Both the position numbers and the translations under genes were made by a program. Shown in pieces: positions 37,555 through 48,631 of a stretch of 64,000 bases of DNA. The notes beneath the pieces are model-generated. The model worked only from the letters and a program-made list of their open reading frames with translations, was not told the DNA's origin and made no database searches. The DNA is from Malacoraja senta. Lineage: Eukaryota. The stretch covers positions 10,108,001-10,172,000 of the forward strand of contig CM075988.1 in assembly GCA_038087875.1 (NCBI GenBank). The letters run 5' to 3'. The stretch's first letter is position 1, and every line of letters starts with the position of its first letter.

Positions 37555-37832
37555 ACCGTGGCACAGCAGTAGAGTTACTGCCTTAAAGCGCTTCCTGACC
37601 ATGAGTGCTGTCTGTACAGAGTTTGTACATTCTCCCCATGACCTGTGTGGATTTTCTCCGAGGTCTTCGGTTTCCTCCCACATTCCAAAGACGTACAGGA
37701 TTGTAGGTTAATTGGCTTGGTAAATGTAAAAATTGTGTCACTGGTGTGTGTAGGTTAGAGTTAACGTGCATGGATTGCTTGATGGCATGGACCCGGTGGG
37801 CCGAAGGGCCTGTTTCCGCATTGTATCTCTAA
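37555..37832 (+). mobile_element. V-SINE-type SINE copy with partly deleted head
   Basis: GTGGCACAGCAGTAGAG head, TTTCCTCCCACA core and GGGCCGAAGGGCCTGTTTCC tail. Confidence 0.8.
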
Positions 37833-39361
37833 AAAAAAGCATTATAAACATATTAATGTGTACAATTAAAGAATTACTTATTTACAGTATCATTAGGATA
37901 AGGAATGTGAAGGTTCAGTATTGTTATTCAAGAATTGATTATTTGTCTTTAGAATATAGATAATACCTACAGATTAGTATCAGTTTTGTCTTTAGATAAT
38001 ACCTACAGTAATCGATGTTGTGACAGAGGGTTATAATGGTCACGTCAAATTTCAAAGCCTCTTGTTCTCCTGGTTTGAACCCCTGCACCCAGTGAAACAC
38101 GAACCTGCCAACAACATGTTCAACTCTTGTCAGGTCTCAACTGCTAGTAAAAGCTCTTTCATCACACCAGAACATGACTGTTCAATGGGGAGCTGATGTC
38201 GGCATCTCAACTTACAACAGCAGGGATTCTTCGAAGCTCAGCAACAAGAGGTATTAAAATTAGTTGCCAGACAAGAGCATCAGTTTCTATTTCCATTTTT
38301 CTTCATGGAATAAGTACAGACAATATTTTTTTAAGAAGTAATTTTAAAATAAACAATACATGTTAGTTTATAGACCACAGTCTGAAGAAGTGTCGCATCC
38401 CGAAACATCACCCATTCCTTCTCTCCAGAGATGCTGCCTGTCCCGCAGAGTTACTCCAGCATTTAGTGTCTATCTTCGGTGTAAACCAGCATCGGCAGTT
38501 CCTTCCCACACATTTTACTTTATCTTTTGCAATACATTAATAAAGCTTTATTATTGTTATTTTTACCAATAAACACAAATCTTACCTGGAAAATTATTCA
38601 ACCACAAAATCCCATGTTGACTATGATATCAACTATGCAGAATTCACTTTCTCATTCATTTGAAATTCTGGTCAAGGCTTTCAACTGCCTAACATCTGTG
38701 GTCTTGAGCCTAACATATGTGGTCGGAAAGTTACTAGAGGCTATTCTGAGGGATAAAGTATACATGCATTTGACTTGTTCCATATACCCACTGCCCCTCT
38801 GTGTGATGCAAGATGCAAGACCAGATGCAAGAAAATATGTGTAGGAAAGAACTGCAGATTCTGGTTTAAATTGAAGGTAGACACAAAATGCTGAAGTAAC
38901 TCAATGGGCCAGGCAGCATTTCTGGAGAGAAAGGATGGGTGACGTTTCAGGTTGAGACCCTTCTTCAGACCGATATTTAGCAAATGTGGTTGGCATAGGT
39001 CGGCATCACAGGTGGCATGATTGAGATGGACCAAAAGTAACCTTTTGTGTGATGTACGATTCTCTGATTCCTGAAAATTCTAATAGTAAATGTATACAAT
39101 AAGTATTGTGGTTCAATGAAATCAGAACTTTCTGAAACAATTGATTTGTTTTAAACATCTCATTTAACATCTACACAGAACCCACAAACAAAGCAGCTTG
39201 TTAGCTTACCTTTTTTGCATCTGATTTTAAGTCTGGTGGATTTAATTTAAAAGGAAGAAAGTTGCATAGAACATAGAACATAGCAGCACAGCACAGGAAC
39301 AGGCCATTCGGCCCTATATGTCTGTGCTGAGCATGATGCCAAGATAAACAAATCTCATCTG

Positions 39362-39742
39362 CCGAAGACAGACACAAAAAGCTGGAGTAACTCAGCGGGG
39401 CAGCAGCATTTCTGGAGAGAAAGAATAGGTGATGTTTTGGGTTGAGACCCTTCTTCAGACTAAAGAAGGGTCTCGACACTTAACATCACCCATTCCTTCT
39501 CTCCATAGATGCTGCCTGTCCTACTGAGTTACTCCAGCATTTAGAAACATAGACAATAGGTGCAGGAGTAGGCCAATCGGCCCTTCGAGGCAGCACCGCC
39601 ATTCAATATGATCATGGCTGATCATCCAAAATCAGTGCCCTGTTCTGGCTTTTCCCCACATCCCTTGATTCCCTTAGCCCTTACAGCAAAATCTAACTGT
39701 GTCTATCTTTGGTTTAAACCAGCATCTGCAGTTCCTTCTTAC
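39362..39742. mobile_element. Palindromic Penelope-derived element containing a nested CR1 3' end
   Basis: TSD ACAAATCTCATCTG at 39348-39361 and 39743-39756. A CR1 tail (~39543-39697, minus) interrupts the right arm. Confidence 0.75.
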
Positions 39743-40090
39743 ACAAATCTCATCTGACTGCACATAATCTATGTCTATCATTTTCTGCATATGCATGTGC
39801 CCATTTAAAAACCTCTTGCGGTACATGCCACTATAGTATCTGCCTGCTCCCTTGGCAGTGCGTTCCAGGCCCCCATATTCTCTGTCCAAGAACCTTGCCC
39901 CGTGCATCACCTTTCAACTTTACACCTCTCAACCCTTCACAATTGAGGATTCAACTAATTTAGTAATAGCTCACCACACAATATTACATAAGAAAAGAAA
40001 GACAGACCATCAAAAACACAAGTCAGAATGTTACAAAGATATTTTAAGAAACTACTTTGTTGTTTTAGAAATTGCACATGGTAAAACTAA

Positions 40091-41081
40091 TGTCCCACTA
40101 AAGGGGCTGTCCCACTTGGGCAACCTAATCCGCGAGTTCTGGCGAGTTTGCCCTCGACTCATACTCGCAGCATGGTCAACACGAGGTTGTAGGAGGTCTT
40201 TGTAACTCTCCTTCATGCTCGAGAGTAGTCCCCGTGTACTCGAGGCCTCAGCTAGGTCGCTGCGTATTTTTCAACATGTTGAAAAATGCCCACGAGTAGA
40301 AAAAGGTTGCCATGGAAAAAATCTATACTTTTTTACTCGTAGGTTTAGTCGTAGTAGGTCGTAGTAGGTGGGCACGTTAGTCGAAGGTAGTCGAAGGTAG
40401 TTGTAGATAGTCTTCATCATAGTCGAAGGGAGGTTGAAGGAGATCGAAGGAGGTCGTCTTCACTCTCCACTATTCGGTGTCCAATTTTCCCTAAGTTAGT
40501 CGTAGCTAGTCATAGCTAGTCGCAGCTAGTCTTCAACATAGTCGAAGGAGGTCGAAGGAGGTCTTCTACATACTCGAAAGAGGTCTTCAACATGACATTT
40601 TTTCAAACTCTCCTAAACCCTTCTAAACTCTCCAATTAGGTCGCCCAAGTGGGACAGCCCCTTTAGACGACTTTTTAGGCGACTACAGGAGACTATCGGG
40701 GTCGCCATATGGTCACAACATGGTCGAAGATGGTCGCTGGGTTGTTGCCTGTATGGTCGTGAGGAGTCTCCTCAGTCGCCCAAAGAGTCGTAGCGTATTT
40801 CTGGTCACCATAAAATTTTCAACATGTTGAAATTTTTTTGGCGACAGTGGCGACCTTGGATTTGACACCAAATGAGCATAGCTTGACGTAGCTGCTGTCA
40901 TAGGTTGTCGCCAGGTTAATGTAGGCAGTCGCCAGGATGTCGTAGGGTGTCGCCAGGATGTCGGCGGTTGTCAACAGGATGTTGCCAGGTGACTTAGGTT
41001 GTCGCCGTTGCTGACATCGGTGAATTTCAATGTCGTATTCACCGGCAGACGACTAAAAATTGCTTAAGTGGGACAGGCCCA
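40091..41081. mobile_element. MITE of the CCTGTCCCACTTA TIR group, interrupted by a second MITE
   Basis: Left remnant TGTCCCAC resumes at TTAGACGACTTTTTAGGCGAC. Right TIR is TAAGTGGGACAGGCCCA. GTCGCC subrepeats throughout. Confidence 0.75.
40102..40662. mobile_element. Nested MITE
   Basis: TIRs AGGGGCTGTCCCACTTGGGCAACCTAAT / ATTAGGTCGCCCAAGTGGGACAGCCCCT. GTCGAAGG and GTAG subrepeats. Confidence 0.85.
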
Positions 41082-42814
41082 TTAATCCAGTCGCTGGTTT
41101 TTCGGCGACCTGCTACGTCTATGACAGTCGCCGGCAGTCACCGTAAAAATTGCCTTAGTGGTTGAAATTGTTTTCGAACTTGTCATTTATTTTAGTTTTG
41201 GTTTATCACACTATATCATTTTTTGTTTATAAAATAACAAACTTCAAGAGTATGGGAAGTAGTTCAACTTTTTCAAAAATATGATGATATTAAATGGAGC
41301 TCACAGGAAGTGAAGTTACATGTCATCTCTAAATCACTTTGACAGGTGAAATGCCACAATTAAATGCTGTGCAATAGCAGTCTCCAGTAGAGCATTGTTG
41401 ATGTACAATAAAAGTTAATCACTTGAAATACAAGGATTTGTTTTAAGAGAACATGGCCATTTTCCCTTCCAAGCCATTTTCCATTCAGTGCATGTTGCTG
41501 GAATTTGACCACACTCCATTTATCTGCCTCTCTACTCTATTCCTGAATGTCTTTGGTTAATAGTCTATCAATCCAGACTAAACTTAACCATTGACTCAGC
41601 TTCACCTAAATTTCTATTATTTTGCCGTCAAAAGATTTTCTTTCCTCACTCCTGAAAGGTTACACCCCCAGACTACATGCCCTTACTATTTTAAATTCCT
41701 GCTGGGGGTCCACAAGGAATCAAGGAATATGGGGAAAAAGCGGGAATGGGATACTGATGTTGGATGATCAAACATGATCATATTGAATGACGGTGCTGGC
41801 TCAAAGCTCCGAATGGCCTACTCTTGCACCTATTTTCTATGTTTCTATGTCTATGCATAGACATAGTGGGCCAACAGGCCTGCCCCTGTGCTGTACTGTT
41901 CTGTGATCTTTTTGACAAAAGAGTCAGTTATCTTTCTTTTTATCACTTTATCACTTTCTTTTTTATCACTTTGTGGCTCAATAAGTTATTTTACATCGTA
42001 AAATTTACTCTATAAATGCAAATTACAGTTGTAGCAAATCTCAGCATTTGCTCATCTCATTCTTATCCTGCAACACATCAGCAAGATTTGAACAATTATG
42101 GTGGAAATCAGTGAGGGTCACAATTAAGGAAATGCACAAAAGGTTTGGTACAGACATTGTGGGCTGAAGGGCCTGATTCGGGGCTGTACTTTTCTATGTA
42201 CTTTCATCTCTTTGATACATATTGTAGAATTGCTCAAGATACAGATATGATTATTCATGACTGTACAAGTACAAGCTTAACATCTGCATACTTTTATTCT
42301 GGTACAAAGTTTAGTTCTAATGATTACCTTAATTGGTACACTTGACAATAAAAAAAAAACAACCTTTGAACATTCTCCATCTGTCCGAGATATTCTAATG
42401 ATTTATGAAATTGGTTCTTGTTTCATGGGCCTCCGCTGTTTCTAGACTATTTAGAAAGCAGCTTTTACATCCATTTTCAGGTCCATCATTGAAATCTATT
42501 TTCAGTAGATTTGCCCATTTGATTAATGTGTTATTTTTTTATAGTTTTATTCTGCTTGTAAAGTTACTGATCTTTGCATCATCAATGAAATACCTCATCG
42601 CCTCAGATGATGAGAAGTATAGTGAATATTTGTGGGTCAATCACACATGCCTGCAGGTCACCATTAAATGCATCCTTTGAATTTAAACCCCATCCTATAT
42701 TATCTCCAACTGAATAGTCAATTTAGTGGTGTTCAATTCCATGAGCTGAGATTTAATTAGAAGTTTCCTGTGAGAGGTTTCATCATATATACTGTAGAAG
42801 TTGATAAATAATAT

Positions 42815-42984
42815 GGAGGAAAGAACTGCAGATGCTGGTTTAAATCGAAGGGAGACACAAAATGCTGGAGTAACTCGGCGGGACAGGCAGCATCTCTGGA
42901 ACGCAGGAATGGGTGACGTTTTGGGTCGAGACTGGCAGTCTGAAGAAGGGTCTTGACCCGAAACGTCAACCATTCCTTCTCTCC
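42815..42984. mobile_element. Penelope-derived element with a 16-bp TSD
   Basis: TSD AGTTGATAAA(T/C)AATAT at 42799-42814 and 42985-43000, with one mismatch. Confidence 0.75.
42935..42972 (+). ncRNA. Candidate minimal type-I hammerhead ribozyme core
   Basis: CTGAAGA(42940-46)-A-GGGTC-TT-GACCC-GAAAC-GTC fits CUGANGA / helix II / GAAA / UH. Helix III is minimal and helix I pairing is weak in this copy. Confidence 0.5.
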
Positions 42985-44803
42985 AGTTGATAAACAATAT
43001 CCATTAAATCCCATAAAAATGGGATATATAAAGTAGTGCAAATGGCATTTGATGGTCAGTACAGACTTGGTGGGTCGAAAGGCCTCTTTCTTTACTCTAT
43101 GTCTTTATGACTCTCTTTCAATCCTTCTTCCACTACCTAGGTTGGCTTTAAAAAGGCAGTGTTCATCAAACATTTCAAAGTGTTTATCAATTTGTGCTAA
43201 TTCTCTTGTGAGACGGGCCCATTTCTCTCTTTCTCTCTATCTGAACATGTTTAAGTCGTTCAGTCATTCTGTGCTTAATGAGAAATTCCAATAATTTCCC
43301 ATTAACAGACAATAGAATCGCACCTCCGATAATTTCCAAATTTTGGTCTCTCTTTTCTTAATTAGCATGGATAATTTTCCACTCCAAAGGGACTTTCACA
43401 GTATGTGTGTTGACATTGTAGCAGGCTTCAGCTTCTTAGAATCTTAGAGGAAAAAGACCTGTACTGCTCAGAAACAGGCCCTTCAACCCAAATCGTCCAT
43501 GCCCAAGAAAGTAGCCTACGTGAACTACTCCATTTGCCTACGTTTGCTCCATATTTCTCTGAACCTTTCCTATCTGTGTTCCTGTCTAAATACCTTTCAC
43601 CCCAATCATCGAGTTATACAGGACCGAAAAGAGTTATAGAGTTATACAAGGTAGACAAAAATGTTATGTTTATACATTTAAAACCCCCAAAAGATATTAT
43701 CTGACCCTGATGATCTGTCACTCTTCAGCTGCATTATTTTCTTCTTTAGTCATAATTTACTTAATCCACTTATGTTGAAAATCAACTGCAACTCTGAGAC
43801 AAAGAGGGACGCGGTGGACAATCTGCAGCCACATGCATTGGCAGGCCTGGTTCGCCACTACGAGAAGGTAAGACTGTACTAAGAAATTTCTGAAACTTTG
43901 ACGGTGTCAGAAACATGGCGACTCCTTGTGTACTGCCTAAGTGAGATCGTCCATATGATTTTACCTGATTGTTTGCAAAAACAAAGATTTCCACTGTACC
44001 TAGGTACATGTGACAATAAAGTATATATAGGAAGGAACTGGTGATGCTGGTTTACACCGAAGTTGGACACAAAGTCCTGAAGAAGGATCTCGACCCAAAA
44101 TATCACCCATTCTTTCTCTCCAGAAATGCTGCCTGTCCCGCTGAGTTACTCCAGCATTTTATATCTATCTTCGGTGACAATGAAGTATAATTGAATCATT
44201 GATTCTATTTTCTTGAGTTGACTCTCAAATCATTTGCTTTGCTGTTCCATGCTTACTGTCATAAGTATATTGATGGAATGTTTTATTGTAAGTGTGATTG
44301 TGTGAGTTTGGGTGGATAACCAAAGACACTTTGTGATGTGTGCTACCATTGGATTCTTCCAAGCCTTCCCCTTCCCACAAAGAACAAATCAGGAGTGGAA
44401 TAAAGTATTTTTCTTCTGGCTGGAGATACTCAATTAATGCAACACACAAGCATGAAAATAATCACAGGCACAGAAATATAATTTATCACAGCCTGTCTAC
44501 CAAATTGTGAATTCATATGCTTCACTGTCACATTGTTCATCGTCTAATAACTAAAAGATACACTGCACAAACGTCTTTTTATTGTATTGTTTATTTTGTT
44601 CCTTTCAGAATGTATGCTTCAGAATGTATCAGAAATTCCAGAATATATTGTCCAGAACTAATGATTATTGAGAAGCAGATGTGGCTTTTTGATTCACTGA
44701 ATATCCAGACAGTGTAGACAGTCAGAACATTTTTCCCTAGGGTGAAAAAGTCACAGAACAGAGGACATAGCTGTAAGGTGAAGGGATCAAATTTTAAAGG
44801 AGA

Positions 44804-45917
44804 CTAGACTAAGTGGGGCCCGTTGGGTTCCATGTTCACACCGGAGGGGTGGTCCTCCAATGCAATATTCCACCTCTCTACCAATTCCAATATTGGTGGC
44901 CAGTGGGGGGGGGGGGGACACTTTCTGGAGCACTAGTATGGGTGTTGTGGCCCGAAGGGACTGGTTTCCAGAGGGCTAGTATGGACATTGTGGACCGAAT
45001 GAATTCTTGGGCTGGCAGCTCAGTCACTCAGGCCTGGTGCGCTGGCAGCTCAGACACTCAGGCCTGCTGGCTGGTAGCTGAGACACTCAGGCATGGTGGG
45101 CTGGCAGCTCAGACACTCAGGCCTGGTGGGGTGGCAGCTCAGTCACTCAGGCATGGTGGGCTGGCAGCTCATTCACTCAGGCGTGGTGGGCTGGCAGCTC
45201 AGTCACTCAGGGCTGGTGGGCTGGCAGTTCACTCACGGCTATTCCTTGAAATTCCATTTCAAGCAGAGTGGAAGCCACCAAATGCAATTTCATAGCACTT
45301 CTAGCAGAGTTCAGGCCACCACATTCAACTTCACAGCATTTCAAGCAGAGTGCAGGCCACCACATTCAACTTCACAGCATTTCAAGCAGAGTGCAGGCCA
45401 CCACATTCTATTTCACAGCATTTCAAGCAGAGTGCGGGCCACCACATTCAATTTCACAGCATTTCAAGCAGAGTGCAAGCCACCAAATTGCCAAACAACT
45501 TATTGCATTTTCATTAAGATCTAACAAATTGTTTATTGCAAGTACATTGCAGACTCAAATTCAGTTGATTCACAGCTTAGAATCACAGTTGTGGACTCTC
45601 CCTCATGATCTTCCAGAGAGACTGACTCACGTCCAGTCATTCGAGGTTTTATAGTCCTGCCCCCCTCCCCGGAAGGCGCATTACCTTCATCGTGGTGATT
45701 GACAGGCGAGAGGACCAATCAGCTGATCTCAAGATTTTTTAAACACTCATAACTTTTTTCCTTTTTATCGATCGGAAAAATCCTCGGGGCTGCCTCAGCG
45801 GAGGAGGATTGTGAGTAAGATGGCTAAAAATCATCACGATTTAGGGTAGCGTTTTTTCGAAAATCAATATACAGCGCATACAGTGGTCAAGATGAGACTT
45901 TTAGTTATATAGATAGA
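44804..45917 (-). mobile_element. Non-autonomous Helitron, copy 2
   Basis: Same termini as 17582-18765: 5' TCTATCTATATAACTAAAAG, 3' hairpin then CTAG. Inserted at A|T with no TSD inside a CR1 fragment; removal restores TTTAAAGGAGA|TGTGCGGGGCAA. Confidence 0.85.
45008..45485. repeat. Two adjacent minisatellites inside Helitron copy 2 (30-bp and 41-bp units)
   Basis: About 7.5 copies of GGCTGGCAGCTCAGTCACTCAGGCNTGGTG (45008-45235), then about 5 copies of TTCAAGCAGAGTGCAGGCCACCACATTCAACTTCACAGCAT. Confidence 0.9.
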
Positions 45918-46479
45918 TGTGCGGGGCAACTTATTTTTACACAGAGAGTGGTAGATGCATGGAACGTGCTGTCAGGGGTGGTGGTGGAGGCACATACGAT
46001 AGTAACATTTAAGAGGCTTTTAGACAGGCACATGGATATTCAGGAAGTGGAAGGATATGGAGCAAGTACAAGCAGAGGAGATTAGTGTAGCCTGGCATCG
46101 TGTTCAGCACAGGCATTGTGGGCCGAATGGCCTGTAGCAGTGCTGTACTGTACCATGTTCTATGTACACAGCCCTTATGTAGCAGTTTGAATACTATTGA
46201 CCCCAACTGTGTCAGAGGACAGCTGAGAGTCAGGCAGATTCCTGTAGGTTTGGAATCATATTTTATCTTTTTCCACCAGAGATGCTGCCTGACCCGCTGA
46301 GTTACTCCAGCTTTTTGTGTCGATCTTTCAAGTAAACTATAATGGGCAAGGACAGCAGATTTTCTTGACTGCAGGACATTCATGGTCTAACGCATTTTTT
46401 TAAATGATAATTCAATCTTTTTGTATGGGGTTATCACCACAGATGCTAGTATTTACAATGTTTAGAGTTTAGAGCTTAG

Positions 46480-46677
46480 CATGTCGCTGGGTGACGCCTG
46501 TGTGGTCGTGAGTAGTGGCCCAAAAAGTCATACCTTTTTCTGGTTGTCGCTGTTTTTTCAACAAGTTGAAAATGTTCGTCGACCTGCTGCAGCTGATCTC
46601 AAGATTTTTTAAACACTCATAACTATGATGGGTGCCGGCAAGTCGCCGAAAAAAATCGGGTAAGTGGGACAGGCCCT
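46480..46677. mobile_element. Right-hand fragment of a CCTGTCCCACTTA-group MITE
   Basis: Ends TAAGTGGGACAGGCCCT and resembles 40720-40850 and 41085-41160. Confidence 0.7.
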
Positions 46678-47099
46678 TTAGAGAGGCCAATTAAACTACA
46701 CACCTGCATGTCTTTGGGATGTGGGAGGAAACTGGAGCATCCGATGGAAACTCACATGATCAAAGGGAGAGTGTGCAAACTCCACACAAACAGCACCCTG
46801 GGTCAGGTAAAACCCTGGAACTGGTGCTGTGAGGCAACAGCTCTACCAGCTGTGCCATTGTGCTGCCCATTGCATTTAACAAACTAAATTTAATTTCCAC
46901 ATCTGACATTGATGCAATTTGAATTATCTTCCCGGGATGATAAGCACAGGCTTCAGGATTGCTCTTCCAGTAATTAGCTACTATACATAGACACAAAGTA
47001 CTGGAGTAACTCAGCGGGTCAGGCAGCATCTCTGGAGAAAAAAGTTGGGTGACTTTTGGGTCATAACCCTTTTTCAGACTCCTGTGTTAGTTGCATGTT

Positions 47100-47440
47100 C
47101 GACACAAAAAGCTGGAGTTACTCTGTGGGACAGGCAGCATCTCTGGAGAGAAGGAATGGGTGAAGTTTCAGATCGAGACTGGTCAGGGGAAAGGGAAACG
47201 AGAGATATAGATGATGATGTAGAGAGATAAAGAGCAATGAATGAAAGATATGCAAAAAAGTAACAATAATAAAGGAATGCCATTGTTAGCTGTTTGCTGG
47301 GAGAAAACGAGAAGCTGGTGTGATTGGGTGGGGGAGGGATGGAGGGAGAGGGAATGCCAGGGTTACTTGAAGTTAGAGAAATCAATATTCATACCACTAG
47401 GCTGTAAGCTGCCCCAAGTGAAATACGAGATGCTGTTCAT
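47100..47440 (-). mobile_element. Penelope 3'-end fragment
   Basis: Colinear with 460-610 (GGGCAGCTTACAGCC...GATTTCTCTAACTTCAAGTAA on minus) and continues into the repeat that forms the palindromic elements. Confidence 0.75.
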
Positions 47441-47504
47441 GCGACTGCATGGGCTTCCTGTTAGTGCACCACATTCCTCCCACATCAGAAAGCCATGTGG
47501 GTCG

Positions 47505-47706
47505 TGTAGATCAGTGCATGTTCCTTTAACATAGTGACCTCACCACTACTAATCACTCCCCATTGTCTCTCGTATAATTGTAAGGTCCCCACCTCCAGCC
47601 CGCTCTCTAGCTCCAGTGATGACCATGGACAGCTATTGCATAGTGTGTTAGTGATTATAATAAACCATCAGTAAAAGACTCTGTGTAGGAATCAAGTCAT
47701 TTTACA
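47505..47706 (+). repeat. 5' LTR (202 bp)
   Basis: Direct repeat of 52022-52225; contains TATAA and AATAAA motifs. Confidence 0.95.
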
Positions 47707-47803
47707 TGGTGTCACAGTGGTAGACTCATGTCTCCTGTTTATTGGTTTTCTTTTTTATTCTTTGCTTTCTCCCAGTTGTTCACGTCTCCCCCCCGTTTTC
47801 ATT

Positions 47804-48631
47804 ATGTCCAACTCCTGTCGTCGACCCGACACTTTGGTCTTTGACACGGACATTGTCGACCGCTGGACTGTGTTCCAGCGCGACTTTGAACATTACACAG
47901 CCATCGCTCATCCTGTTGCCACCACTGCTGTGCAGGCTCACCTGCTGCTCAACCTCGCTGGCCCGGAGGCCATGGATCACTATGCTTCATTCGACTTCGC
48001 CCCCGGAGAAGACTGTCGGGACCCGGTATGTCTCATGGCTAAATTCACTGCCCTCTGTGATATCCCTACCAATAACATTATTGAGCGCTTTAAATTCTTC
48101 CAGAGGCGGCAGATTCCCGGCGAGCATATTGACGCTTTCATTGCCTCTTTGCGTCATATGGCTCGGCGCTGTCGCTTTGAAACAATCTCCACGGACGAAT
48201 TGATCAGGGATGTCCTGGTCAATGGTCTCCTGAACGCTAAGCTGCATGACGAGCTCCTCATGAAACCTGATTTGACACTAAGGGAGGCCATGCATTCCGC
48301 TCGTATGGCTTCTGCTGTTAGCTCCGTCTCTCAACCGGTGTCCCAGGACATTAACTTTACCGGTGCAGCTGGCCGCCGGCGGAACACTGGTCCGCCACGA
48401 CGAAACCCCGCTGCAATGCCCGCTAAGGTCACCCCACGCCGTTGCCCCAATTGTAATTTTTCTTTCCACCAGTTCAACGTTTGCCCCGCGCAGGGTAAGA
48501 CTTGTAATTCCTGTGGCAAACTGAACCACTTTTCGGCGGCTTGTCGGTCCCGTGATAAGCCGGTCCCTGCTCCAAGGAGGAATTTAAACAACCTTGCAGA
48601 CCCTGATAGGTTATCAGTACCAGTCGGATGA
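47804..48631 (+). CDS. gag: Gypsy Gag
   Basis: First in-frame ATG at 47804 (MSNSCRRPD...). Motifs ERFKFFQRRQIPGEHID and IRDVLVNGL, and a CCHC knuckle CNSCGKLNHFSAAC. Confidence 0.9.
   Translation: MSNSCRRPDTLVFDTDIVDRWTVFQRDFEHYTAIAHPVATTAVQAHLLLNLAGPEAMDHYASFDFAPGEDCRDPVCLMAKFTALCDIPTNNIIERFKFFQRRQIPGEHIDAFIASLRHMARRCRFETISTDELIRDVLVNGLLNAKLHDELLMKPDLTLREAMHSARMASAVSSVSQPVSQDINFTGAAGRRRNTGPPRRNPAAMPAKVTPRRCPNCNFSFHQFNVCPAQGKTCNSCGKLNHFSAACRSRDKPVPAPRRNLNNLADPDRLSVPVG

Noticed and set aside
45008..45485. Repetitive ORFs (44813-45295, 45093-45524, 45268-45654) and a CRISPR-like look
   Set aside because: The open frames result from stop-free minisatellite units inside a Helitron; there are no spacers.
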